From positions 12,983 to 76,982 of the forward strand of contig JBKDRU010000010.1 of the NCBI GenBank assembly GCA_046341215.1: 64,000 nucleotides of DNA, written 5' to 3'. The position numbers and the translations under genes are program-made. Below are positions 54,947 to 64,000 of the stretch, in pieces. Every line of letters begins with the position of its first letter. The first letter of the stretch is position 1. The DNA is from Vampirovibrionales bacterium. Its GTDB lineage: Bacteria; Cyanobacteriota; Vampirovibrionia; Vampirovibrionales; JAJTHC01. The notes beneath the pieces are model-generated. The model had not been told where the DNA came from and did no database searches. It worked only from the letters and a program-made list of their open reading frames with translations.

Positions 54947-55039
54947 AATCCTTCTAAATAAATACTAGCTTTTTGCTTCTGTTTTGACTAGACTAAATAG
55001 TCAAGCTCAAATGATGCTCAACAGAAGTGAACGTTTGCC

Positions 55040-56056
55040 ATGTCTCTTTTTTCGCCCCCTTTAAAGCAAAGTCGAAAAGCCGAACTCCTGCAAGAGATTG
55101 CACGCTTGAAGCACGAGCAAAATGCGGTCATACTCGCTCATGTCTACGAACGCCTTGAAGTACAAGATTTCGCCGATTTTCGTGGCGATTCGCTGGGTTT
55201 GAGCCGTCAAGCGGCGGCGACTGAAGCGGATGCCATCGTGTTTTGTGGCGTGCATTTCATGGCGGAAACAGCGAAATTGTTGAGTCCACAAAAAACGGTG
55301 TATTTGGCGAATCCGCATGCGGGTTGCCCCATGGCGGATATGATTACCGCAGAACAATTACGAGCCTTCAAGGCGGAACATCCCGATGTGCCAGTCGTCG
55401 CCTATGTCAATACCAGTGCGGACGTGAAAGCCGAAAGCACCATTTGTTGCACCAGTGCCAATGCCGTGGATGTCGTACGTTCCTTGAATGTGGATAAAGT
55501 CCTTTTTGTACCAGACAAGCACCTCGGTGCCTATGTGCAGAGCAAGTTGCCCGATGTTGAAATTGTCTGCTGGGATGGCTTCTGCCCGACGCACTTACGC
55601 ATTGATTTAGACGATCTCAAAACCCTGCAAGCTAAGCATCCCAACGCCTTGACGCTGGTGCATCCTGAATGTGACGAAGCAGTGAAAGATGTGGCGGATT
55701 ATATCGGTTCGACGACAGGCATTTTAGAACAAGCGAGCGTTTGTCACGCCCATGAGTTCATTATTTGCACGGAAGATGGCGTGGCTCAACGCTTGATTCA
55801 AGACTTTCCGCAAAAGTCCTTTTACACGCCGTCTCGTCAACAGGCGTTGTGTCCCAATATGAAGATGACTCGGCTAGAAAATGTCGCCAAAGCCTTACGA
55901 GGCGAGGTGGAAGAAATCCAAATCCCTGCGGATGTCTTTGAAAAGGCTCGTTTGACACTCGATAGAATGCTAGCAGTCCCCATTACGGAACCCGAAGCAG
56001 GGCAAGGGTCGGCAGCCTGCCGATGCAAAACGCCTCCAACACTAGTGAGCGTTTAA
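55040..56056 (+). CDS. nadA: quinolinate synthase
   Basis: ILAHVYERLEVQDFADFRGDSLGLS, GVHFMAETAKLL, VAYVNTSADVKA, LVHPECD and ICTEDG, plus a C-terminal Cys. Confidence 0.9.
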   Translation: MSLFSPPLKQSRKAELLQEIARLKHEQNAVILAHVYERLEVQDFADFRGDSLGLSRQAAATEADAIVFCGVHFMAETAKLLSPQKTVYLANPHAGCPMADMITAEQLRAFKAEHPDVPVVAYVNTSADVKAESTICCTSANAVDVVRSLNVDKVLFVPDKHLGAYVQSKLPDVEIVCWDGFCPTHLRIDLDDLKTLQAKHPNALTLVHPECDEAVKDVADYIGSTTGILEQASVCHAHEFIICTEDGVAQRLIQDFPQKSFYTPSRQQALCPNMKMTRLENVAKALRGEVEEIQIPADVFEKARLTLDRMLAVPITEPEAGQGSAACRCKTPPTLVSV

Positions 56057-56061
56057 ATATC

Positions 56062-59000
56062 ATGAGTACGCTTGAGCGTCTGACTCTGATAGAAGGCAAT
56101 CCCTTGCAATTGGGGGATTTTGATGTTGTTGAAACGGTTTTGCAAGCATGGCAACAGCATCCGCATTTGCCTGAAAAAACGTTGATTTTGGTGAAGAATA
56201 CGACGCAACAAAAGGCGTTGCAAAACGCCTTGATTCAAGGCTGGCATCAACCGATGAGTCGTTTGCCGGTGTTCACCTTTAATGGGCTGATCCGCCAAAT
56301 TGTGCAGTCCTTATGGGGATACGCCGAACTCAAGTTGCAGAAGGCATTTCCTCAAAAGGTTCATGCGACTCGTTTAAGTCCTGAACTGGTGGGGCTTGAA
56401 GAAAGTGAACGCTTGTTTCGTTTGCTGATTGAGCAAGCCAAATCCGACGCTCGCTTTGCCGATGCCTTCGACGCCCTCAAGCTCGATGAGGCGTCTCTCA
56501 TTCGCCAGTTGATACGCCGTCAACGCCTACGTGCCGAACAGCGTTTGACTCGCCCCCAAATGCAAGACATGGATGTCGCCTTGAAGATTCCCGAACAAAC
56601 GCTGATTCACCATTTAGAAAAAGCCTTTGATGTCAGTGCTTTGGAAATGCGATGGCTCGATTCCACCAAGCAAATCGATATTGCCTTGGGTTTGCTAGAA
56701 GAAAGCCCCGAACTTATCGACCAGCTTGATTTTACGCCTGAACTCTTGGTGTGGTTGGATGCCGATGAAAGCACCCCTGCCGAACAAGCCCTCTTACGTC
56801 TTTTGTCGACCAAAAGCTCGCAGATTATCGTGAGTTTTGATCCGCAAGGCGGGGCGAGACGGGGCTATTTGAATGCGGATCCCGAAGGAGCGAAAACGCT
56901 GATCGAGGCGTGGCAAGCTCAAGCTCAAGCTGTTGAAAAGCCGTCTCTTTTTTCAGAAGAAGTCACCCTCCACCTTGGCGATGCCCTGTGTCAAGCTTTT
57001 GAAGGCATTTCGGATGAAACGCCTTTAGTGACAAGTCCCCAACTCCGTTTGCATCCGTCGCAGCGGAGCCTGATCGAAATGTGGGATGCCACCTGTGCCA
57101 CGCTGAAAAGCCTCCCTCCGCAAGAGGTGGTGCTGGTCATGCCTGAAATTAACGCCTTGACTTTGGCTCCCTTAACCACCTTTTTTAATCAGCATAAGAT
57201 TCCCTTTCAAGTCTTGAGCGGCACGCAACGCCCTGTCGATACCCTGCAAGGCAAGCTATTGTTGCTGTTGATTCAAGCCCTGCGAAGCCATGAATGGGGC
57301 TTGCCCTTGAGCCGTTTTGAATGGCGAACCATTTTCACGACTTGCCTAAGTTTGCAAGTCACCGAAGCGAAAACATTGGATGCCTTTTGCGATTTTGTGA
57401 CGCAATCGGCGATGCGTCGCTTGAGCGAAGGGCATAGCGGTGCGATGAGCCTGCCTCGTGAGGTGCCTGAAGACTTGCTGGTCTATGAATCGAGTCGTGG
57501 GCGTTATCATGCGTTTTGCGACGATCTCTTTAATCTTGCCGAAGCATCTGTAGAAGAGCAGTTAAACGCCATTGCCCACAAGTGGATTTACCCTAAGTTG
57601 GCGGAAGGCGAGTCGGATTCGGCGATACAGTTGATTTATCGGAGCTGGCAACGGCAACTCAAAATGCTCCAAAACCTTTCACCAAAAGCAGGCGAAGGAA
57701 AGCAGATGCCGACAATTGCCCTGTCTGAAGGTTCTAAACAATGGCTTTGGCAATCTAAATACGGACAAATCGCCGACACCGCCGATGCCCCAAAGGATGT
57801 CGACACGCAAGCCTTAATCATCGCCACGCCTCAAAAAGTCATCGATTTTGGGGTAAAGCGTCCGCATCAGTTGTGGCTGGATGTGCAGAGCCCTCGTTGG
57901 ACGAAAAGCGATGAAGCCCCCTTGTATCATAGTGCGGTGCATTCGCCTCAAGGGTGGCAACGCTTGCAGGCGGAAGCGGAAAGCCAAGTCTCCCAAGAAG
58001 AACGTCCATCGCTGGATGTCATTGCCTTGACCGAAACGCAACGTCGACAAAGGGCAGGGCATGTCTTGCGAAAATTGGCGTATTTGGCAAGCGAAAGCAT
58101 CCACGTGTTTTCGTCGGAATTGGACGCCGAAGGACGAGATCAATCCCAACAGGAACCGCTCTTGTTTCAAGCCTTGACGCAATCGCTGGCTCCTTTGATG
58201 ACCGCTCCTGATCTCGACGCCATTCCCACCGCCACCCTGCGAGACGATCAAAAAGGCGTGCTGGATTACACCGCAGGCACGCTGGCGATTAGTGCAGTGC
58301 CGGGAGCTGGCAAAACTTTCGTGACGGTTGAGCTGATTTTGCACCTCATTAAAACAGGCACGCCCCCTGACTCGATTTTGGTGCTGACCTACATGGAATC
58401 GGCGGCACGGACGTTATTGGGCAGGCTCAAACCGAAGCTGGCTGGGGCGGGTATTCACCAATTGCCCACCGTTTGCACGATTCACGCTTTGGCGTTTAAA
58501 ATCTTGGGGGAAGCGTCTCATGCTAGGCGTTTGGGGTTGGATACCGCCCACTTTCGCATGGTGGATGAAACTGAGCAAGACGCCCTTCAAAAGCAAGCGG
58601 CTCTTGCGGTTTACCCGTTGGCTAGTGCGGACACGGATCTAAGCTTGGATGCTTGGCAACGCATCGTGAGCCAAGCCATCAATCACGCCAAGAGTTTGGA
58701 GCTTGCTTGGGCAGATTTAATCGAAGACGCCAAAACGCTCAAGAATACACGCCTTGAAGCCATGGGTTTAGCAATGAAGGGTTATCAGCAATTGCTTGAA
58801 AGCCGTAATGCCTTGGATTTCACGGATTTAATCGTCTATGCCGTGCAGTTGCTCGAAGCTCACGACGATATTCGCCAGCATTTTCAAGGGCAGTTTCGGG
58901 TGATTATGGAAGACGAAGCCCAAGATTCGTCTCGCTTATTGCAACGATTTTTAAATCTTCTCGGGGGGGATACGCCGAACCTCGTGCGTTGTGGAGACAC

Positions 59001-60438
59001 CAACCAGTCGATTACCACCACTTTTAGTGCCGCAGAACCTGCCGTCTTTCGAGACTTCATCGCCCACGCCGATGCCCATGTCCGTATGAGTAAAAGCGGT
59101 CGATGTGCCAGGGAAATTATGGACGTGGCGAACCAGTGGATAAACGACGTCAGCCGTCCTGAAAGCACGATTAAAGACGCTTTTGTGCCTGTTGAAATGC
59201 ACGGTTTAGCAGGCGTGAATCCGCCCTTGTTGTATCCGATAGAAGCCCGTGCCTTTGCCGATGCTCACGAAGAAGAAGAGTATTTGATTCAGTCGATTTT
59301 GGCGGTGCAGGCTAAGCATCCCGAAGCGAGCTGTGCCGTTTTGTGGCGATACAATCGTGATGTGTTACGGTTTTCGCAAAAGCTCTTGGAACGACGCATC
59401 CCCACTCTTTCGATGACCGAACGACTGCCAAACGTCGCCAGCTTTAAGCTGGTGGAAGCGTGGTTAGGAGCCTTGTTGTATTCTGAAATGGCGGAGGCTC
59501 GCTTGCACTTATTGCAAACCTTGCGTGAGATTCCGACGCATGCCTTGCACGCCTTGGAAGAAGAGGCGTTCATCGAATTGCGAGACATGCTCGCTTCGAC
59601 GCCGTTGTTTGCCTTGCCTGTGGAAGAACTGGACGCCTTGCCTCAGGTTTTTCAGCAACTATATTACGATTGGCACGACTTTCAACGAGACATCGCCGTG
59701 CGAGATTTGCCGTCGTGGATTTTGCGAGTGACGGAAACGCAGTCGATGGGGGAAGCTCATGTGTTGGAGCGGTGCAACGGCTTTTTATGTGCCTTGCACG
59801 CCCAACGCATTTTGCAACGCTACGGCTTGGGTTTAGAGCAAAGCGAATCGCAACAGTTGAGCCTGCTTGCCACCGTGCAGAGCCTGTCCCCCTTAGAGGT
59901 GGTGCATCGCTATTTTAAGAGCTTGACCACGAGCCGTCGCAATTTGCAGATGTTCACCGAAGAGCTGTTGAATCCGACAGTGAAGGCAACGACGAGCGTG
60001 GAGGTGGAAACGCCTCCTGTGCAAGTGATGACCTTGCACAAGTCCAAAGGCATGGAGTTCACCTTCGTGTGGATGCCTGCCCTCACCCAAGCCAACTTCC
60101 CCGATGCCTTGGAGCAAATCAAGGTGCGGGACACGGAAAAGGCACTCATTGGCATTCAACGCTTGGCGGTGCAACGCCAGCAACCAGATACGCCCTTGAT
60201 GCCTTTAAATGATGCGGTGGAAGCCTTCAAGCGTCAGCATTTGGAAGAAGAGGCAAGGCTTTTGTATGTGGGCTTTACTCGAGCCATGCAAGGCTTGTTT
60301 GTATCGAGTCATCACCAGTACCGCAATGCCTTTCATAAGATGCAGAAGACGCATCCCACGAAGTCATTTGAGGAGCTTAAAGCGTTTCTAGAAAAACCTA
60401 ATCTTAAAGGGGATGATTTGCATGTTGAACACCTCTAA
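56062..60438 (+). CDS. giant UvrD/Rep-family helicase: AddB/RexB-like P-loop-less N-terminal half fused to an AddA-like SF1 helicase, no nuclease domain
   Basis: SF1 motifs lie in the C-terminal half: I AISAVPGAGKTF, II VIMEDEAQDS, III RCGDTNQSI, V MTLHKSKGMEFTFVW, VI EEARLLYVGFTRA. In the N-terminal ~740 aa, LILVKNTTQQKAL...VFTFNGLIRQIV resembles the AddB N-terminus, but no Walker A was seen. Start taken at ATG 56062; the track ORF begins at 56023 inside nadA. Confidence 0.7.
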   Translation: MSTLERLTLIEGNPLQLGDFDVVETVLQAWQQHPHLPEKTLILVKNTTQQKALQNALIQGWHQPMSRLPVFTFNGLIRQIVQSLWGYAELKLQKAFPQKVHATRLSPELVGLEESERLFRLLIEQAKSDARFADAFDALKLDEASLIRQLIRRQRLRAEQRLTRPQMQDMDVALKIPEQTLIHHLEKAFDVSALEMRWLDSTKQIDIALGLLEESPELIDQLDFTPELLVWLDADESTPAEQALLRLLSTKSSQIIVSFDPQGGARRGYLNADPEGAKTLIEAWQAQAQAVEKPSLFSEEVTLHLGDALCQAFEGISDETPLVTSPQLRLHPSQRSLIEMWDATCATLKSLPPQEVVLVMPEINALTLAPLTTFFNQHKIPFQVLSGTQRPVDTLQGKLLLLLIQALRSHEWGLPLSRFEWRTIFTTCLSLQVTEAKTLDAFCDFVTQSAMRRLSEGHSGAMSLPREVPEDLLVYESSRGRYHAFCDDLFNLAEASVEEQLNAIAHKWIYPKLAEGESDSAIQLIYRSWQRQLKMLQNLSPKAGEGKQMPTIALSEGSKQWLWQSKYGQIADTADAPKDVDTQALIIATPQKVIDFGVKRPHQLWLDVQSPRWTKSDEAPLYHSAVHSPQGWQRLQAEAESQVSQEERPSLDVIALTETQRRQRAGHVLRKLAYLASESIHVFSSELDAEGRDQSQQEPLLFQALTQSLAPLMTAPDLDAIPTATLRDDQKGVLDYTAGTLAISAVPGAGKTFVTVELILHLIKTGTPPDSILVLTYMESAARTLLGRLKPKLAGAGIHQLPTVCTIHALAFKILGEASHARRLGLDTAHFRMVDETEQDALQKQAALAVYPLASADTDLSLDAWQRIVSQAINHAKSLELAWADLIEDAKTLKNTRLEAMGLAMKGYQQLLESRNALDFTDLIVYAVQLLEAHDDIRQHFQGQFRVIMEDEAQDSSRLLQRFLNLLGGDTPNLVRCGDTNQSITTTFSAAEPAVFRDFIAHADAHVRMSKSGRCAREIMDVANQWINDVSRPESTIKDAFVPVEMHGLAGVNPPLLYPIEARAFADAHEEEEYLIQSILAVQAKHPEASCAVLWRYNRDVLRFSQKLLERRIPTLSMTERLPNVASFKLVEAWLGALLYSEMAEARLHLLQTLREIPTHALHALEEEAFIELRDMLASTPLFALPVEELDALPQVFQQLYYDWHDFQRDIAVRDLPSWILRVTETQSMGEAHVLERCNGFLCALHAQRILQRYGLGLEQSESQQLSLLATVQSLSPLEVVHRYFKSLTTSRRNLQMFTEELLNPTVKATTSVEVETPPVQVMTLHKSKGMEFTFVWMPALTQANFPDALEQIKVRDTEKALIGIQRLAVQRQQPDTPLMPLNDAVEAFKRQHLEEEARLLYVGFTRAMQGLFVSSHHQYRNAFHKMQKTHPTKSFEELKAFLEKPNLKGDDLHVEHL

Positions 60439-61246
60439 GCGCTTAATCCCCACTGCTGAATATCCTTGGTTTGTTTCCGTGAACCAGCTTAAGGAATGGG
60501 ACAAGTGCCACGCCCAGTTTTACTACAAAACCGTGCTAAAACAACGCTGGCTCAGCGACGAACGCAATTTCGAGCTAGGCAAAGCCGTCCACGCCCTCAT
60601 GGATCTGCACGCCAAAGGTATGCCGACGGATCATCTACGCGTGGGACTAAAATCCAATATCCTCGCCCACTTTGATGCCTTGGTGGAGCATCCACTCGCC
60701 AAAGCCCCCGTCGTGGCGAGCGAATATGCGTTCTACGTTCCGTTTCACGTCGAAGGTTTTTCGCATATCACGCTAACAGGACGTATCGACCGTATTAGTC
60801 TTTACAACGGCACGCTGGCTATTATTGACTGGAAGACAGGCACGGCGGTTCCTCATGATTATGCCACGGCGTGGCAAACTCGATTGTACAGTTACGCCAT
60901 TTGGCAAATGCGAGACGCCTTAGGCGTGGAAGCGTCCTTGGGGATGAGTTTCTATTATGTGGATGTGCGAACGAATCGTCAGCCAGCGGTCAAGGTCTAT
61001 GATGTCACCATTGATGCCGACTACATCGCCGAAACGGAAGGGCTGTTGAAGCAGGTCTTGGCTCGTATTTTGGCGGAAAAACGATTTGCCTTGCCGTCCG
61101 CTTGCCCAGACAAGTACTGTCGCTTTAGCCAAGTCTGTGGCATCAACCCTGAAACAACGGCACAATTGCCGTTGTTTAGCCTGCCCCAAGCATCCGTGTT
61201 GGGGCAGGGTGTCTCTAAGGAAATGAACCCCCTAGACCTGTTTTAG
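60413..61246 (+). CDS. PD-(D/E)XK nuclease, Cas4/AddB-nuclease-like with Cys cluster
   Basis: GRIDRISL...LAIIDWKTG (D...D/ExK) and QTRLYSYAI (QxxxY). One N-terminal Cys (WDKCHAQF) plus C-terminal CPDKYCRFSQVC suggests a 4Fe-4S cluster. Overlaps the helicase gene by up to 26 nt. Confidence 0.7.
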   Translation: MICMLNTSKRLIPTAEYPWFVSVNQLKEWDKCHAQFYYKTVLKQRWLSDERNFELGKAVHALMDLHAKGMPTDHLRVGLKSNILAHFDALVEHPLAKAPVVASEYAFYVPFHVEGFSHITLTGRIDRISLYNGTLAIIDWKTGTAVPHDYATAWQTRLYSYAIWQMRDALGVEASLGMSFYYVDVRTNRQPAVKVYDVTIDADYIAETEGLLKQVLARILAEKRFALPSACPDKYCRFSQVCGINPETTAQLPLFSLPQASVLGQGVSKEMNPLDLF

Positions 61247-61336
61247 AAGGATTACTAAGCAAACCTCACTTGCCTAGAACACGCCTTTACGCTAGAATTA
61301 ATAGAGTATTTTAATTGGTGAGAGGATGCTAATAAC

Positions 61337-62800
61337 ATGACCACATCTGTACTGGAACAAGAGTTTAGAGTAGAAAGCGATTCCCTAGGCGAACGGAACG
61401 TGCCTGCTAACGCCTACTACGGCATTCAAGCCTTACGAGGCTCCGAAAACTTCCCGATTTCAGGCATTACGCCCCCTCAACAATACCCTGAAGCGATTTG
61501 GGCGTTTAGCCAAATTAAAAAAGCCGCCGCACAAGTCAACAAAGAACTCGGCTTGTTGGATCCCACCAACGCCGAACTCAACGACAAAATCGGCGATGCC
61601 CTGATTCAAGCCTGCGACGAGATGGCAGACGGTCGCTATAACGACCAATTCATCGTCGATGTATACCAAGGCGGAACAGGCACCAGCAATCACATGAATT
61701 GCAACGAGATTTTATCGAATCGTGCCAACGAATTGCTCGGCGGTGAAAAAGGCACCTATACCCCTGTTCACCCCAACGATCACCCTAACTTCGGGCAAAG
61801 CACCAACGATGTCACGCCGACCGTCTTGCGCTTGACGTTTTTGAAGAAGCATCCTGCTTTGGTTGCTAGCATTAAATTATTGGAAGAGACCTTCCAAAAG
61901 AAAGCGATTGAGTTTAAAGATGTGCTCATTTGCGGACGCACCCATATGCAAGATGCTGTGCCTTTAACGCTGGGTCAACAGTTTGGGGCGTATGGCAACG
62001 CCTTAACAGATGCTCGCTTGAAGGTTGAAGCTGCCGCTGAAAACCTGCATTACTTGGGCTTAGGGGCTTCCGCTCTGGGAACAGGGCTAAACTCTCACAA
62101 GGAATATCGTCCTCGTGTGGTGAAATATCTGTCTGAATACACGGGAATGCCTCTCAAGCAAGCGAAGGACTACTTCCAGTTAACATCGAGCTTTGGGCAT
62201 TTTAGCGATTATTCCGCCGCCATGCGATCCGTTGCGATTGAGCTTGAGAAAATCACGCAAGATATTAAGCTCTATTCATCGGGTCCTAAAACGGCGATTG
62301 GCGAGATTCTCATCCCTAGCTTGCAACCCGGTTCTTCTATTATGCCTGGTAAAGTGAATCCTGTTTTGCCTGAATTGATGAATCAGCTGTCTTACGCCGT
62401 GCAAGGCAACGATCTAACGATTTCGCTCTGTTGTCAAAACGGTCAATGGCAGTTGAACGTGATGATGCCGATGATTCTAACGAAAGTCACGGAATCTCAA
62501 CGCTGGTTGACGAATGGTTTGCGTGAATATGCAGAACGTTGCATTGCTGGCATTGAGCCAAATCTAGAGTTCATCGAGCATCGTATGAATTACTCGACCA
62601 TTTTGTTAACGGCGTTGAATCCCTTTATTGGCTATGCGAATGCCGCAAAAATTGCGAAGAAGGTTTTGGGTGAAGGCAAAACCGTCCGTGAAGTGGCGTT
62701 GGAGCTGGACATTACCGACAAGTTTGGTATTAAGATTGATGAAGCTCGCTTAAACGAGATATTGTCTGTCGAAAGCATGACGCAACCTAACGTGGGTTAA
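61337..62800 (+). CDS. aspA: aspartate ammonia-lyase (class II fumarase/aspartase family)
   Basis: Signature GSSIMPGKVNPVLPE (the VNPV.PE form is aspartase-like rather than the FumC form VNPTQ). N-terminus RVESDSLGERNVPANAYYGIQALRGSENFPISG. Confidence 0.75.
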   Translation: MTTSVLEQEFRVESDSLGERNVPANAYYGIQALRGSENFPISGITPPQQYPEAIWAFSQIKKAAAQVNKELGLLDPTNAELNDKIGDALIQACDEMADGRYNDQFIVDVYQGGTGTSNHMNCNEILSNRANELLGGEKGTYTPVHPNDHPNFGQSTNDVTPTVLRLTFLKKHPALVASIKLLEETFQKKAIEFKDVLICGRTHMQDAVPLTLGQQFGAYGNALTDARLKVEAAAENLHYLGLGASALGTGLNSHKEYRPRVVKYLSEYTGMPLKQAKDYFQLTSSFGHFSDYSAAMRSVAIELEKITQDIKLYSSGPKTAIGEILIPSLQPGSSIMPGKVNPVLPELMNQLSYAVQGNDLTISLCCQNGQWQLNVMMPMILTKVTESQRWLTNGLREYAERCIAGIEPNLEFIEHRMNYSTILLTALNPFIGYANAAKIAKKVLGEGKTVREVALELDITDKFGIKIDEARLNEILSVESMTQPNVG

Positions 62801-62801
62801 A

Positions 62802-63206
62802 TCACAACATTAGCTTGGCGGAATAAACAGACCAATTGCTTTGGGCAAGACTATTGTCCAGTTCTACGGCATTAGACTCAAGGGGCGTAAGCATACGGTA
62901 GGCTTGTTTTAAAATAGAAGAGGGTTCTAAAATGGCGTTTTCTGTTGTTGTGGTGACTTTGCGTAGGGCTTCTGTGGACAAGGCTGACACTTGAACCGTG
63001 TCTTTAATCAAGATCGTTTCGTTTTTTTGAGAGTCCTGCTCTGACGACTCTTGTTTTTCACGATTTTGTGGGGGGAGTCCTTCGCAATCACTAGCACCTA
63101 AAACGGCATGATTGGATTCTGCAAAACTTCCTTTGATGAGTAAGCTTCCGCTACTCAAGACTCTGTGACGACTGGGGGCGATGGGTGATGTACTATTGGC
63201 AACCAT
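62802..63206 (-). CDS. hypothetical protein
   Basis: 134-aa ORF, Ser/Glu/Gln-rich, with no motif. Its stop is 1 nt from the aspA stop (convergent). Confidence 0.4.
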   Translation of the reverse strand: MVANSTSPIAPSRHRVLSSGSLLIKGSFAESNHAVLGASDCEGLPPQNREKQESSEQDSQKNETILIKDTVQVSALSTEALRKVTTTTENAILEPSSILKQAYRMLTPLESNAVELDNSLAQSNWSVYSAKLML

Positions 63207-63465
63207 GATAGATTCTCTTCTTTTAGTTTATGTATCTTTCGATGAAAAAAGTATCGTCAAGCATTTCGTTTTTAAAAGGCTTCTTCATAATTCGTTACAA
63301 AAAAGACGCTACTTTTATTAAAGACTTGACCTTGTAAGCTGAATCAAGTATAATTGGGGACTAAATTAAGATCCGTTTTTTCATATATGCTGAGCTCTTT
63401 TGGGTTTTGTTTTATTTGCTTCGCTAAAGCCTCGCAGGCTTTTTTAATGAATAGGTTCCTTGCTC

Positions 63466-64000
63466 ATGTTTTCGTCCCTTGCTTCTTATCAAAATACACC
63501 CCTTTCAGTGCAACGAAGTGGTGTTTTTGAAATGTATATTGGTAAAGCAAAAGATGTTGAAGCTAATTTAGCTAAACATAAGGAGAGTAAGGACGCCTAC
63601 GGTCAGTTAAACTTAACGGCTAATGTGGTTGAAAGTTCAAACAATTTAACTTATATTGTGCCTGAATCAGATGTGGGTAAAACGATTTATAAATATGTAG
63701 ATACCCGAAAAGCGACTCGAAATGGGGTTTTTGGTCAGGATGCTTCCTTTATTTATCCTCTAAAAGCACCGAATCAAGTGGTGGCTAATGCTCAATCACC
63801 TAATGCTGATATAAGATTGGGTATTTATGCGGACGGCGAAGATCTCAAGGATTTCTTAAATTATGTCGGGGTGGATGACTGGACGAAAACGGTGAAAGAT
63901 TCCCCAGACAAAATCACGCAATATGCCATTGAATTTGCGGAAGATGTCGAAACGGACGCACAGGGTAACCCCATTGTCGCCAAAGAAGTTTCGACCTTTG
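63466..64000 (+). CDS. hypothetical protein, N-terminal part (continues past the window end)
   Basis: Not in the ORF track (no stop). From ATG 63466: MFSSLASYQNTPLSVQRSGVFEMYIGKAKDVEANLAKHKESKDAYGQLNL...AKEVSTF, open to position 64000. Confidence 0.5.
   Translation, partial: MFSSLASYQNTPLSVQRSGVFEMYIGKAKDVEANLAKHKESKDAYGQLNLTANVVESSNNLTYIVPESDVGKTIYKYVDTRKATRNGVFGQDASFIYPLKAPNQVVANAQSPNADIRLGIYADGEDLKDFLNYVGVDDWTKTVKDSPDKITQYAIEFAEDVETDAQGNPIVAKEVSTF

Overview
64-kb chromosomal segment of a diderm (Gram-negative-type) bacterium. It carries about 55 protein genes on both strands and 2 tRNAs. I saw no rRNA, CRISPR array, transposase, integrase or phage genes. Taxon cannot be assigned without a database search. 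Most of the window is housekeeping: trpS (partial), tRNA-Asn, tRNA-Pro, proS, yceD-ribD, pilT, an LCP-family protein, an acyl-CoA ligase, dinG, trhO, bamA, recF, nrdB, deoB, rimK-like, an S4 protein, rsmB, yebC, pabB-like, a GT2 glycosyltransferase, queC, tsaD, accA, accD, comEC, a TpsB-type transporter, nadA, an AddAB-like helicase plus nuclease pair, and aspA. The less ordinary content, from window start to end: (1) An exact 17-nt element occurs three times and supplies the stop codons of two unrelated genes in different reading frames. (2) Two overlapping paralogous wHTH + WYL-like regulator genes (PafBC-like layout) head an operon with a membrane protein and a pseudopilin. (3) Four or five dispersed pseudopilin genes mostly have Ala rather than Gly at the predicted cleavage site. 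(4) A small HerA/FtsK-type ATPase with a coiled-coil tail sits downstream of dinG. (5) A membrane-anchored protein carries a kinase-like motif series. (6) A (GGYGM)x11 protein is encoded by a near-perfect 15-bp tandem repeat. (7) The RNR beta subunit is strikingly eukaryote-like and ends in FSLDADF. (8) A five-unit 21-22-bp direct-repeat array lies between rsmB and a strong terminator, and a related motif occurs at 4.3 kb. (9) A 23-bp perfect polypurine/polypyrimidine inverted repeat lies in a GC-rich intergenic region. (10) ComEC has no metallo-beta-lactamase motif and has Lys-rich insertions. All functional calls come from motif recognition by eye and need database or structure searches to confirm.
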